Source: Desulfomicrobium sp. (GTDB lineage: Bacteria > Desulfobacterota > Desulfovibrionia > Desulfovibrionales > Desulfomicrobiaceae). Taken from it: a stretch of DNA of 64,000 bases. The stretch covers positions 1,728,001 through 1,792,000 of the forward strand of contig JAXGMI010000001.1 of assembly GCA_040768745.1 (NCBI GenBank). The letters run 5' to 3'. Below the pieces are notes generated by a model that was not told where the DNA came from, did no database searches, and worked only from the letters and a program-made list of their open reading frames with translations. Within the stretch, counting starts at the first letter, position 1. Every line of letters begins with the position of its first letter. Positions 47,159 to 57,087 of the stretch are shown in pieces. Made by a program: the position numbers and the translations under genes.

Positions 47159-48360
47159 CAGTCGAGGGGGATGTGCAGGACGATGTCCTGGTTTGCTCTC
47201 CGGACCGTCAGCTGCAGGGGTTTTTTCTGTCGGGACGAGGCCATGGCCGCGAAGTGCAGATCAGTGACTTCGGTCAGATTGTTCCCTCCAGCTGCAATGA
47301 GCACATCACCGGGGCGCATGCCTGCCCTGTCGGCCAAGGAATCCGTATCGACGCTGTCGATCTTCAGCTGACCGGATTCGAAGACGATGTTCATGCCCAA
47401 CCTGCTTTTATGTTGGGATGGGCAGGAGAAGAAAAGGCTGTCTCCGGGCAGAGCACGCTGCGAGGCATCGGCCTGCATCTGGAAGTCCTCCCTGTCGCGC
47501 ACCGGCATAATGCTCAGGCAGCGAGCCTGAGCATCCAGGGTCTGCAACCGGTATTCGATGCCCCATCCATGCTCCACGTGCCCACTGCCGGCCAGGATGA
47601 GCATGGGCAGATCCAGCCTGGAGCGCCATGCCAGGGCTTGTTCGGCCATCATGGAGTCCCACAGGGCCTGGACCAGGAAGAAGCGCTCGGCCATGCTGGC
47701 CATGGGATTGGAGGCGCTGGGGACAAGATCGCCTCTGGCGGGTTCAGCCTCGCGCATTTTCTGGTGCATGTCGACCTGTTCCAGCAGGGCATTTCTCTGG
47801 ACCGGGCTGGCTTCGACGATCCTGCGCGGGAGGAGGTTTCTCTCGCCTTCGTCCAGACCTGCGGTCCCTTGGTCTCGATACCTGTTCACGACCTTGCGAG
47901 GTATGTTGAGGGCCACCACGGGCAGTCCGTAGGCGCGGGCTTTTTCAAAGATGGGCAGATACTGGGCATAAGGGTGCCCCCAGAGTTTTTCCCATCCCAC
48001 TTCCCGACCCAGGTCATGCGGACTGATCCTGCCGGCGTTGAAGCGCTCCAGTACAGGCTGGGCCGTGACGGGAAGCATCTCCAGACCAATGGAGAAATGC
48101 ATGCCAGACTGGGCCAGGATCTCGATGATATGGGCCTGGACGGCATGATCGCAGGGGTTGGTATGGCTTTCACCGACAAGGATGAAGTCCTTTGTGCTGG
48201 TGTATGCCACGACGTGCCCGTCCGAAAGGGGCTCCCCTGTGGCCGACAGGAAAGAGCCTGACGGCAACGTCCACGTGGTGGGCACCGCCGGAGGCCTGCT
48301 GGCGCAGCCGCACAAAAAGGCCAACAGGACCGGCGCGAGGCGCATGATGAGTGCAGGCAT
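47158..48360 (-). CDS. ChaN-family lipoprotein with C-terminal PDZ domain
   Basis: Lipobox LCGC, VGESHTN..DH..Q, GLEM, VALN.P, Q.LWD..MA, AGSGH; C-terminal SLADRAGMRPGDV. Confidence 0.8.
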   Translation of the reverse strand: MPALIMRLAPVLLAFLCGCASRPPAVPTTWTLPSGSFLSATGEPLSDGHVVAYTSTKDFILVGESHTNPCDHAVQAHIIEILAQSGMHFSIGLEMLPVTAQPVLERFNAGRISPHDLGREVGWEKLWGHPYAQYLPIFEKARAYGLPVVALNIPRKVVNRYRDQGTAGLDEGERNLLPRRIVEASPVQRNALLEQVDMHQKMREAEPARGDLVPSASNPMASMAERFFLVQALWDSMMAEQALAWRSRLDLPMLILAGSGHVEHGWGIEYRLQTLDAQARCLSIMPVRDREDFQMQADASQRALPGDSLFFSCPSQHKSRLGMNIVFESGQLKIDSVDTDSLADRAGMRPGDVLIAAGGNNLTEVTDLHFAAMASSRQKKPLQLTVRRANQDIVLHIPLD

Positions 48361-49625
48361 CAATCCCAATTGCGTTTGTCCTCAATGAACCGGATTTGCG
48401 GCGGGAGGGTGCCGGGGGTGAGGATCTTCAAGGCCGGGCGGATCTTGATCTTCTCGCGGAACATGTGCAGCAGCTCCTCTTCGCGCTTGAAGCTGGACGC
48501 CTCGATGAGGAGGGTCATCTCGTCGATCCCGCCAGGATTGGTGACCTCGATCTGCCAGCGCTTGATCTCCTCGAACCCGGATATGACCTGTTCGACCTGG
48601 TGGGGGTACACGAACATACCCTTGATTCTGGCCGTGGTATCCACTCGGCCGACTATGTTGCCCAGGCGTGGGGAGGTCCGGCCGCAAGGGCAGGGAGCGC
48701 GGTCAACGTAGGAGAGATCACCGGTCGCCAGACGGATCAGGGGATAGGTCTTGTTAAAGGCAGTGACGACAATTTCACCGACTTCGCCATCCTTCAGCGG
48801 GATGCCTGTATCCGGGTGACAGATCTCCACGTATGCCCGGTTGGCAATGTGCAGCCCGTTCCTGTGGAAGCATTCGTAGCCGATGCAGCCCACGTCGGCA
48901 GTGCCGTAGCCCTGGCGCATGATCAGGTCGAACTTCTTTTCCAGGGTGGAACGCAATTTTTCGGAGAATTTTTCCCCTGTGACGAAGGCCACTTCCAGAT
49001 AGAGGTCCTTGCGCAGGTTGAGACCTTTTTCCTCGCCCTTCTGGGCCAGGTGCATGAGGTAGCTGGGTGTGCCCACGTACCCAGTCACGCGAAGCTTCTT
49101 CATGATGTCCAGCTGACTGCCTGTGTTTCCCGGGCCGGTGGGCACCACGGCACAGCTCAGCTGCCTGAGTGGCTCCTCGAACATGAGGCCGGCCGGAGCC
49201 ATGTGGTAGGGGAAGGTGTTCTGAACCAGGTCTCCGGAGCGGAACCCGGCTGCGTAGAAGCTTTCCGTCCATCCCCAGTAGTCGTCGCCCCGATCTTCGG
49301 GGTCGAAGATGGGTCCGGGAGAAAGGAAGACGCGCCGTAACTCGCCCAGGTCCTTGGTCAGCAGGCCACCCAGACGCGGACCCATGGACTGCAAGAAAAT
49401 GAGTTCCTTTTTCTTGATGATGGGAACGTGCTTCAGGTCGATGAGGTCGCGAAATTTTTCGACGGAAAACTGTGCGCGGTCGAAGCGTTTTTTGACGTCT
49501 TCGGAGTATCTGTACGCGTACGAGAGCAGTTCCTTGAGCTGGATTTGATAGTATTTCTGGCGTTCAGTGGCATCCAAGACTTCTCGCCGGCTGAAAATGC
49601 CTTCAGTGCGATCCTTGCGGGTCAT
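48360..49625 (-). CDS. Phenylacetate-CoA ligase family protein
   Basis: SPGPIFDPE, GTPSYL, QGYGTADVG, YPLIRLATGD, GRVD. Confidence 0.82.
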   Translation of the reverse strand: MTRKDRTEGIFSRREVLDATERQKYYQIQLKELLSYAYRYSEDVKKRFDRAQFSVEKFRDLIDLKHVPIIKKKELIFLQSMGPRLGGLLTKDLGELRRVFLSPGPIFDPEDRGDDYWGWTESFYAAGFRSGDLVQNTFPYHMAPAGLMFEEPLRQLSCAVVPTGPGNTGSQLDIMKKLRVTGYVGTPSYLMHLAQKGEEKGLNLRKDLYLEVAFVTGEKFSEKLRSTLEKKFDLIMRQGYGTADVGCIGYECFHRNGLHIANRAYVEICHPDTGIPLKDGEVGEIVVTAFNKTYPLIRLATGDLSYVDRAPCPCGRTSPRLGNIVGRVDTTARIKGMFVYPHQVEQVISGFEEIKRWQIEVTNPGGIDEMTLLIEASSFKREEELLHMFREKIKIRPALKILTPGTLPPQIRFIEDKRNWD

Positions 49626-49706
49626 CAGCGCTTCTCCTTACGGGGCTCGATCCGGCCGTAGGGTCGGGGTTGAAAAGTGAAAGAAAATCCTTTTCTATAG
49701 GAACGG

Positions 49707-49741
49707 AAAAAGGATTTGCAAGAGCCTTCCTGCAAATCCTT
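49707..49741 (-). terminator. Intrinsic terminator after trmI
   Basis: AAGGATTTGCA-N10-TGCAAATCCTT with a T-run on the minus strand. Confidence 0.7.
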
Positions 49742-49765
49742 GGAATAGATGAAAATTGGGGGCTG

Positions 49766-50608
49766 TTACTCTTCTGCCCGGAATTCGCCGTCTTCGCTGC
49801 CTTCATCCGCCGGGAGTTCGAACCCTTCCGGATCGGGCGTTTCGAACTGGGCGAAGGTGCGTGCAAAGACGAGGAAGCCCGTGTGCGCGACCATACGATC
49901 GTCGGGACGCAGCCGTTCAGGCACGGGCTTGTAGTGGCGCAGGAAGATCTCAAGCACTTCGATCTGTCTGAACGGCCCGGCCTGCAGGACTTTCAGAAGG
50001 TCCTGGACCTGGTTGGTCGTCGGCAGCAAAAAGCCCACCGGTGCCCCGGGCACCACTGCGTTCGGAATGTGATGCACGTAATCGCAGGGTTCGCGCACGT
50101 CCAGGAACAGGGCGTCGGCCTCGTGGGGATGAAAACCTTGGGCAATGTCGTGATGGTACTGCTTTACGCGGTGGGCCAGGCCGATGCGCTCCAGGTTCTG
50201 GCGGCAGAGGTTGAAAAATTCTTCCCGGCGTTCGTAGCTGTACACACTGCCTTCGTCACCCACCAGCCAGGCCAGCGCCGTGGTCAGTCCTCCCGATCCG
50301 CAGCCGGCCTCGACAACGCGGCAGCCGGGGCCGATGCCCAGCTTCATGGCGATATAGCCGATTTCTTTGGGGTAGATGATCTGGGTCCGGCGTTTGACGG
50401 ACTTGATCAGGTCGTAGAGGGTGGGCCGCATGACGGTGAACGGATAGCCCTTGTGCGTGAGAACCTGCTGCCCCCAGCCTGCTGCGCGCACTTCATCGAG
50501 GTGCAGGATGCCCTCGTTGGTATGCATGACCTGCCCTTCCTGGGCGGAAACAAAGTATCGCTTGTCCTTGGCGTTGAGCAGCATTATCAGCTGTCCCGGT
50601 TCGAGCAT
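49766..50608 (-). CDS. trmI: tRNA (adenine-N1)-methyltransferase
   Basis: RRTQIIYPKE, EAGCGSGGLT, SYERR, FLD, RPDDRMVAHTGFL. Confidence 0.9.
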   Translation of the reverse strand: MLEPGQLIMLLNAKDKRYFVSAQEGQVMHTNEGILHLDEVRAAGWGQQVLTHKGYPFTVMRPTLYDLIKSVKRRTQIIYPKEIGYIAMKLGIGPGCRVVEAGCGSGGLTTALAWLVGDEGSVYSYERREEFFNLCRQNLERIGLAHRVKQYHHDIAQGFHPHEADALFLDVREPCDYVHHIPNAVVPGAPVGFLLPTTNQVQDLLKVLQAGPFRQIEVLEIFLRHYKPVPERLRPDDRMVAHTGFLVFARTFAQFETPDPEGFELPADEGSEDGEFRAEE

Positions 50609-50634
50609 GTGGCCTCCTGAAACGTGCGTAGGCG

Positions 50635-50716
50635 GGAGTAGCCACCGTATTTCCCGATGTCAAGCAACCCATTCTCCATGGTTTCTCTTGCTATGAGGGC
50701 GTTGCCCAGGTAGAGG
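50635..50716. promoter_or_regulatory. Divergent sigma70-type promoters for trmI and rne
   Basis: Minus: TTGACA(50663-50658)-17-TACTCC. Plus: TTGCTA(50688)-17-TAGAGG(50711). Confidence 0.5.
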
Positions 50717-50861
50717 ACTCTCCGGATATTCGGCGTGTCGTGCGCCCGGCAGTGACCGGTTTTTCATGTTTTTCGCCGCACGCCATTATCAATTAAATTT
50801 TCGGGAATCCCCGGCATCAACTTTCCCGGCATAGCCGGAAACTCTTTCCTCAAGGATTCGT

Positions 50862-52334
50862 ATGAGCGAAAAGCTGAAGCGCAAGATGTTCATCAGCGTG
50901 CTGCCTGGTGAACAGGTCGAAGTGGCCATCATGGAAGATGGTGTTGTCGTCGAGTATTACGTGGAAATGTTGCACCAGACCAAGACCAAGGGCAACATCT
51001 ACAAAGGCAGGATCCACAACGTGGACCAGGCCCTGCAGGCCGCTTTCATCAACTACGGGGCCGAGAAGAATGGCTTCCTGCAGGTCGACGAAGTTCATCC
51101 GGAATACTATCAGGGCGATGTGCCCAGCCGGGGCAAATATCCCCCTCTGCAAAAGGTGCTCAAGCCCGGTCAGGAAATGCTGGTGCAGGTGGTCAAAGAG
51201 CCCACAGGTTCCAAGGGCGCTTTTCTGACCACGTATCTGTCCATTCCGGGCCGTTATTTCGTACTGACTCCTGGTCGCGAGCAGCTCGGCATTTCGCGCA
51301 AGATCGAAGACGAAAAGGAGCGCGACCGCCTCAAGGAGATCGTCGACGAGCTCAAGCTCGACGAAGGGCTGGGCGTGATCGTGCGTACGGTCAGCGAGGC
51401 TCAGAGCAAGAGCAGCCTGTCGAAGGATCTGCAGGTCCTCAAACGCCTGTGGAAGGAGATCCGCAAGAAGGGCATTGCCTCGGACACTCCCGCCCTGATT
51501 TACGAGGAGAAGGATCTCGCCTTCCGCGCCATCCGCGACTATCTGACCCCGGACATCGCCGAGTGCTGGGTGGACGACGAGGAGACCGCGAAACAGATCA
51601 CCGAATTCGCGACCCTGCTCTTTCCCCGGCGCAAGACCTTCATCAAGGCCCACAGCGAAACCGACAAGACCCTGTTCGAACGGTTCCGCATCGAGGCCCA
51701 GCTGCAGAAGATTTTCAGCCGCCAGGTCAACCTGCCCAGCGGCGGACAGCTGGTCATTGATCACACCGAGGCCCTGACGGCCATCGACATCAACTCCGGC
51801 AAGATTGGCGGGGAAAAGAATTTTAAGGAGATGGCTCTGCGGACCAATATCGAGGCGGCCAGCGAGATTCCCAACCAGCTCATGCTCAGGGACATCGGTG
51901 GCCAGATCGTGGTGGATTTCATTGAGATGAAGGACGGGAAGCACATCCGCGAAGTTGAGAAGGTCCTGCGTCAGGCCTTGAAGGTGGATCGGGCGCGCAC
52001 GGACATTGGTCGCATTTCCAAGTTCGGTCTGATGGAGATTGTACGCCAGCGTCTGGGCACCTCAGCCCTTTCCGCCAGCCTGGAGCCCTGCCCGCATTGC
52101 GCCGGGGCCGGCAGCCGCCGTAATCTTGAGTGGCGGTCCATGCAGGCCTTGAAAGACATCTATCGCGAGTTGCGCAAGGACCGGCAGTCAGATCCGTTGG
52201 CCTATCAGACCGACGCCGAACTCATGCAGTACCTTTTGAACCGCAAGCGAGAAAAACTCATGGAGTACGAGGCGACATTCGAGCGCAAAATTTTCATCGT
52301 TCCCATAGCAACCACCCAGTGCTCATTTTGCTAG
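50862..52334 (+). CDS. Rne/Rng-family ribonuclease (catalytic domain only)
   Basis: GNIYKG, AAFINYG..KNGFL, KGAFLTT, IDINSG, RDIGGQIVVDFI, CPHC Zn-link; 490 aa. Confidence 0.92.
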   Translation: MSEKLKRKMFISVLPGEQVEVAIMEDGVVVEYYVEMLHQTKTKGNIYKGRIHNVDQALQAAFINYGAEKNGFLQVDEVHPEYYQGDVPSRGKYPPLQKVLKPGQEMLVQVVKEPTGSKGAFLTTYLSIPGRYFVLTPGREQLGISRKIEDEKERDRLKEIVDELKLDEGLGVIVRTVSEAQSKSSLSKDLQVLKRLWKEIRKKGIASDTPALIYEEKDLAFRAIRDYLTPDIAECWVDDEETAKQITEFATLLFPRRKTFIKAHSETDKTLFERFRIEAQLQKIFSRQVNLPSGGQLVIDHTEALTAIDINSGKIGGEKNFKEMALRTNIEAASEIPNQLMLRDIGGQIVVDFIEMKDGKHIREVEKVLRQALKVDRARTDIGRISKFGLMEIVRQRLGTSALSASLEPCPHCAGAGSRRNLEWRSMQALKDIYRELRKDRQSDPLAYQTDAELMQYLLNRKREKLMEYEATFERKIFIVPIATTQCSFC

Positions 52335-52344
52335 GGATCTGAGC

Positions 52345-52905
52345 ATGAAGATCCTGGTTCACCTCTGCTGTGGGCCGTGCGCCATCACCCCCGTTTCGGC
52401 CCTGATCGAGGCCGGAATGGATGTTACTGGCTTGTTTTTCAATCCGAATATTCATCCCCTCCAGGAGTACCTCCGCCGCCGGGAGGGGGTAGTCCAGGTC
52501 GCCCAACGGCTCGGCATCCCGGTCATCTTCAAGGATGACGAATACGATCCGCAGAGCTATTTCCGGTCCGTGACCTTTCGGGAGGCCAACCGATGTCTCT
52601 CTTGCTACGCCTTGCGCCTGGAGCGGACACTGTCCATTGCCCGGCGAGGGAAGTTTGACGCCTTCACCACCACGCTGCTGTACAGCAAGTTTCAGAAGCA
52701 CGACGTGATCCAGGCCTTGGGCCGAGACTTGGCCGCAGGGTCGGACCCGGACTTTCACTACCAGGACTTTCGGACGGGCTGGTCCCAAGGCATTGCCCTG
52801 TCGAAGGAATGGGGGATATACCGGCAGCGGTATTGCGGCTGCCTGTACAGCGAGTTCGAACGCTACAGGCCCGAGCTTGAAAGGCTCGCTGACAGGACTG
52901 CCTGA
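52345..52905 (+). CDS. queH: Epoxyqueuosine reductase QueH
   Basis: HLCCGPC, NPNIHP, RC..CY..RL, FTTTLL, YRQRYCGC. Confidence 0.88.
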   Translation: MKILVHLCCGPCAITPVSALIEAGMDVTGLFFNPNIHPLQEYLRRREGVVQVAQRLGIPVIFKDDEYDPQSYFRSVTFREANRCLSCYALRLERTLSIARRGKFDAFTTTLLYSKFQKHDVIQALGRDLAAGSDPDFHYQDFRTGWSQGIALSKEWGIYRQRYCGCLYSEFERYRPELERLADRTA

Positions 52906-52909
52906 TTTC

Positions 52910-54067
52910 ATGCTGCTCTACATTCATGTCCCCTTTTGCGTGCGCAAATGCGGGTACTGCGCCTTTCATTCCGGCCTGTTCTCACTCAGAGAAGCGGGCA
53001 GGTACGTGGATCTGGTGGTTATGGAGATGGCCTGGTGGGCCAAAACGCTGGGTCCCGCAGAGGTGCAGACGGTCTACCTGGGGGGGGGTACGCCCTCGTT
53101 GCTCACGCCTTACCAGGTCGAGGCGATTCTTGCCGCTGCGCATCGGCACTTCGCTGTATCCCCTGATGCCGAGATCACTCTGGAAGCCAATCCGGAATCA
53201 GCCCTGGCTGACGGGTTTTTGTCAGAGATCCGGAAACTGGGTGTAAATCGTTTGAGCCTCGGGGTGCAGAGCCTGCGTGATGACCTGCTTTTCCTGCTCG
53301 GCCGACCCCACGACAGCGTGCAGGCTTGCAGGGCAGTGGATGCGGCCAGAAAGGCGGGATTCGCGAACCTCAGCCTCGATATGATGTGGGGCCTGCCCGG
53401 CCAGAGTCTGGCCATCTGGCTGGAGGACCTGGCCAGGAGTGTGGACCTCGGCCCGGATCATCTGTCCTGCTATGGATTGACCCTGGAGAACGGCACGCCC
53501 CTGGCCAGGAGGGCCGCGGCCGGTGAACTGGGTCTTCCGGACGATGAGGAGGAAGCCAGCATGTTCGAGCAGGGTGCGGCGTTTCTCGGAACACGTGGTT
53601 TCGAGCACTACGAGATTTCAAATTTTGCGCGCCCCGGGTGCAAAAGCCGTCATAACTTCGGCTACTGGACTGGTCAGGACTACCTGGGACTGGGGCCCTC
53701 GGCGGTTTCCACTCTGGGCGAGTACAGATGGACCAACCCCGAAGGGCTTGAAGCGTATTCCGAAACTGTGCAAGGGAACGGGAAAGGTCGGGCGGTTGAA
53801 ACCCTCCACTGGGACACGCGCCGGCGCGAACAGGTCATGCTGGCCATGCGCACGGGCCGGGGACTGGATCTGAAAAATAACACGGCACTGACCGGAATGG
53901 ATTTTTCCGGACTGCTGTCCGCCGTCGAGCCGCTGCGCTCCGGAGGGCTGGTCCGTCTTCGATCCGGTCATCTTCAATTGACACGCAACGGCATGCTGGT
54001 CAGCAACTCCGTCATCGAACACCTGCTCGATGTCATAGATCGCATGCACGACACAGGAAACGTATGA
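52910..54067 (+). CDS. hemW: Radical-SAM heme chaperone HemW
   Basis: LYIHVPFCVRKCGYCAF, GGGTPS, EANP, YEISNF, HN..YW. Confidence 0.88.
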   Translation: MLLYIHVPFCVRKCGYCAFHSGLFSLREAGRYVDLVVMEMAWWAKTLGPAEVQTVYLGGGTPSLLTPYQVEAILAAAHRHFAVSPDAEITLEANPESALADGFLSEIRKLGVNRLSLGVQSLRDDLLFLLGRPHDSVQACRAVDAARKAGFANLSLDMMWGLPGQSLAIWLEDLARSVDLGPDHLSCYGLTLENGTPLARRAAAGELGLPDDEEEASMFEQGAAFLGTRGFEHYEISNFARPGCKSRHNFGYWTGQDYLGLGPSAVSTLGEYRWTNPEGLEAYSETVQGNGKGRAVETLHWDTRRREQVMLAMRTGRGLDLKNNTALTGMDFSGLLSAVEPLRSGGLVRLRSGHLQLTRNGMLVSNSVIEHLLDVIDRMHDTGNV

Positions 54068-56139
54068 CAGATACCACCGAATTTGGCGACGCCCAATCTG
54101 GCGCCCCAAAAACCAAACTTTCCGACACAGCATTTTTTTCCATGCATGACCTGCCCCAAGGCCTCCGGGATGCTGCTGCACGACTCAACTGGACCGAACT
54201 GATGCCGGTCCAAATACAGACCATCCCCCGCATGTTGGGCGGTCAGGATGTTATGGTTCAGTCCCAAACCGGCAGCGGCAAGACTGGAGCGTTTCTTTTG
54301 CCCATCCTGCATCGCATCGATCCGACACTGGGGGCCGTGCAGGCTCTGGTCTTGGCTCCGACCCGGGAATTGGCCGTCCAGGTCAGCCGGGATGCCGAGC
54401 ACTTGGGACGGGATGTCGGAGTGCGGGCCCTGCCCATTTACGGGGGCGTGGGATACAAGGCCCAGCTCCAGGGACTGGATAACGGAGCCCAGCTCGTCAT
54501 CGGCACGCCAGGCCGCATTCTGGACCATCTGCTCAAGGGAAATTTCAATCTGGATCGGCTGAAGATTCTGGTCTTTGACGAAGCCGACCGCATGCTGTCC
54601 ATGGGTTTCTACCCGGATATGAAGCAGTTGCAGCGCTATCTGCCGCGCGGGCTGCAGTCCGCCATGTTCTCGGCCACCTATCCCGGGCACGTAAAGCGTT
54701 TGGCCCAGCAGTTCCTGAAGGACCCAGTTTTTGTCTCCCTGAGCCAGGATCAGGTCCACGCCAGCGATGTGGTGCACGTGGTCTACAAAGTCCCGGCAAT
54801 GCAGAAGAGCCGCATCCTGGTCAAGATCATCGAGCAGGAAAATCCGTCCTCGGGCATCATCTTCTGCAATACCAAGGCGGACGTGCATTTCGTGTCCGTT
54901 GTGCTCCGGCGTTTTGGGTACGATGTCGGTGAGATCAGCGCGGACCTGTCCCAGGCCGCAAGGGAAGAGGTGCTGGAGAAGCTGCGTCAGAACCGGCTCA
55001 AGTTCCTGGTCGCCACGGATGTGGCCGCCAGGGGAATCGACATCCATGAGCTGTCCCATGTCTTCCAGTATCAGCCACCGCAGGACCACGAGGCCTACGT
55101 ACACAGGACGGGCCGCACAGGACGGGCCGGAGCTGCCGGAGTGGCCATATCACTTGTTTCGGGGATGGAAGAGATAGAACTGGAACAGATAGCCAAAAAA
55201 TTTTCCATCGCCCTGGAAGAGAGGCAGATCCCGACGGATGAAGAGCTTGAAACACTGATTTCCCAACGGGCCGTGTTCCTGCTCGAAGCCCGTTTGCGCA
55301 AGGCGGACAACATTCAGAAGGAGCGCATGCAACGTTTCGTGCGCACCGTGGGGGAGCTGGCGGCCAACGAGGAATCACGGGCCCTTCTGGCCATGCTGGT
55401 GGATGAATTCTATCAGTCAACGTTCCATGCCCCACTGGAACAACCTTCTGAGAAATTGTTCGAGCCGGCTCGGCCACAGGCCGTCCTTGAATCATCCCAG
55501 GGCCAGCCGGCAGAGGGCGGGCGAATAGATGAGCTACGGGAAGAGGAGGGGCGATCCGAGGGCGACAAGCGGCGGCGTAAACGGAACCGCAAAAAGCCGG
55601 GTTCAAGCCTCGAAGGTCAGGGCCGTGGGGAAGTCCAGGCCGAGGCCGTCAAGCCAACCGCTCCTGCGGAAGGAATTCCTCAGGATGGGTCCAACGCTGA
55701 GGTCGTGGGGCATCTCCAGTCCGGCCCTCCCAAGCCATTGGGTTCCGACCTGTCCGGGAGTTCTGCGCAGGTTCAGGAGCAGCGATTGGAGGGATTTCCG
55801 GTTCAGGAGGTGGATTTTGAATCAGACCTCGAATCCATCTGGGATCAGCCTGAATCCGGACTGACCGAGGCGCAGCATACGGGAGCCCCGAAAAAGCGCC
55901 GCCGTCGTCGCCCGCGTAAGACGTCAGGGGCCAAGCCCGAGGCAATCTCAACGGGACCTGCAGAGGCGCCGATGGTGTCCAAACCCGAGCCGCAGCCGAC
56001 CATCCAGCGGGAGGAACGCAAAGATCAGAAAACTGATCGTGAACCCCAGGGCAAAAGCAAGGCGAGGCCGCCCCGCAAAAAGGAGACCGAATCCCAGACT
56101 CCTGCGGCCAAGCCCAAAAAGAAAATCTTTCTCGAATGA
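54064..56139 (+). CDS. DEAD-box RNA helicase with long low-complexity C-terminus
   Basis: GSGKT, PTRELA, TPGR, DEAD, SAT, ARGID, HRTGRTGR. Confidence 0.93.
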   Translation: MTDTTEFGDAQSGAPKTKLSDTAFFSMHDLPQGLRDAAARLNWTELMPVQIQTIPRMLGGQDVMVQSQTGSGKTGAFLLPILHRIDPTLGAVQALVLAPTRELAVQVSRDAEHLGRDVGVRALPIYGGVGYKAQLQGLDNGAQLVIGTPGRILDHLLKGNFNLDRLKILVFDEADRMLSMGFYPDMKQLQRYLPRGLQSAMFSATYPGHVKRLAQQFLKDPVFVSLSQDQVHASDVVHVVYKVPAMQKSRILVKIIEQENPSSGIIFCNTKADVHFVSVVLRRFGYDVGEISADLSQAAREEVLEKLRQNRLKFLVATDVAARGIDIHELSHVFQYQPPQDHEAYVHRTGRTGRAGAAGVAISLVSGMEEIELEQIAKKFSIALEERQIPTDEELETLISQRAVFLLEARLRKADNIQKERMQRFVRTVGELAANEESRALLAMLVDEFYQSTFHAPLEQPSEKLFEPARPQAVLESSQGQPAEGGRIDELREEEGRSEGDKRRRKRNRKKPGSSLEGQGRGEVQAEAVKPTAPAEGIPQDGSNAEVVGHLQSGPPKPLGSDLSGSSAQVQEQRLEGFPVQEVDFESDLESIWDQPESGLTEAQHTGAPKKRRRRRPRKTSGAKPEAISTGPAEAPMVSKPEPQPTIQREERKDQKTDREPQGKSKARPPRKKETESQTPAAKPKKKIFLE

Positions 56140-56279
56140 TGGTGTCCCTGACCAAAATGGACATTCTCTGTCTTTTTTCCAAGACTCAGGCGGACATGCT
56201 GCCCGAGGCTGGAGAATGGTCCAGCCCAGGGAGTCGTCAGGCTGTTGATGCACAGTGAAAGAGTTGAGCTGGAGGATGG

Positions 56280-56654
56280 ATGACACGGGAGCGACGCCGC
56301 AGGAGCAGGGTCAGCCTTAATCTGCCGTTGACCATCGATTCTGAAGGCAAACGGACGCGGGGGCGCGTGCGGGATTTGAGCCTCAAGGGGCTGTCCTGCG
56401 TGACAGATGGATGGATCGTGCCCGGCAAGGAGTGCGACGTCACCCTGGAACTCGATTCCGGCATCAACGTGCACATCCATGGCCGGGTGGTGCGGGCAGG
56501 CGTCGAAGGCGCAGTGGACTTTGAGAGCATGGACCAGGCCAGTTTCACCCATTTGCGAAATCTGGTGCGTCTTTACGCGGCAGATGCTGATCTCGTGGAC
56601 GAAGAATTGCTCACGTCGGCCTTTGCAGCGGAGGACAAACCCCTTCAAGGTTGA
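56280..56654 (+). CDS. Stand-alone PilZ-domain protein
   Basis: ERRRRSR (RxxxR) and DLSLKG (DxSxxG). Confidence 0.85.
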   Translation: MTRERRRRSRVSLNLPLTIDSEGKRTRGRVRDLSLKGLSCVTDGWIVPGKECDVTLELDSGINVHIHGRVVRAGVEGAVDFESMDQASFTHLRNLVRLYAADADLVDEELLTSAFAAEDKPLQG

Positions 56655-57087
56655 GCAATGCGCGCTTCAGGTCGAGACCGGGACCGAATCCTCCCAGCCC
56701 CCTCACTGCCAGAACCCGATGGCAGGGAAAGACCAGGGGCCAAGGGTTGCTGGCCATGACCCGACCCACGGCCCTGGCTCCTCGCGGTGATGCGCAGGCA
56801 GCGGCAAGTTGCTTGTAGGTTGTCCATGTGCCACGGGTCACATGCTCGCGAAGATGTCCCAATACCCGCAGGGAAAAAGGGCTCATGCCGCGCGTGGCCA
56901 GCGGCAGTTCTGGCCATTCATCCTTGTCCAGCAATGCGTAGTTTTCGACAATGAGGGCCAGTTCCACTCCAAACGGTGACTGTGGCCGGGTCGAAGGTCT
57001 GAGCCCAGGAGCGAGGTCGATCCCTGACAGAAGTCCATCCTCCCAGTGGAACGTGGCCGAAAAACATGCGTTCGAAAAAGTTTCCAT
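56611..57087 (-). CDS. ogt: Methylated-DNA--protein-cysteine methyltransferase
   Basis: TYKQLA, ARAVG, NP..LVFPCHRV; start 57087 or GTG 57099. Confidence 0.85.
   Translation of the reverse strand: METFSNACFSATFHWEDGLLSGIDLAPGLRPSTRPQSPFGVELALIVENYALLDKDEWPELPLATRGMSPFSLRVLGHLREHVTRGTWTTYKQLAAACASPRGARAVGRVMASNPWPLVFPCHRVLAVRGLGGFGPGLDLKRALLNLEGVCPPLQRPT

Noticed and set aside
46588..48261. 557-aa plus-strand ORF
   Set aside because: Antisense to mutM and the ChaN-PDZ gene; low-complexity R/G/P translation.
56140..56279. c-di-GMP riboswitch upstream of the PilZ gene
   Set aside because: Only a simple GGCTGGA/TCCAGCC hairpin; GEMM consensus elements are absent.
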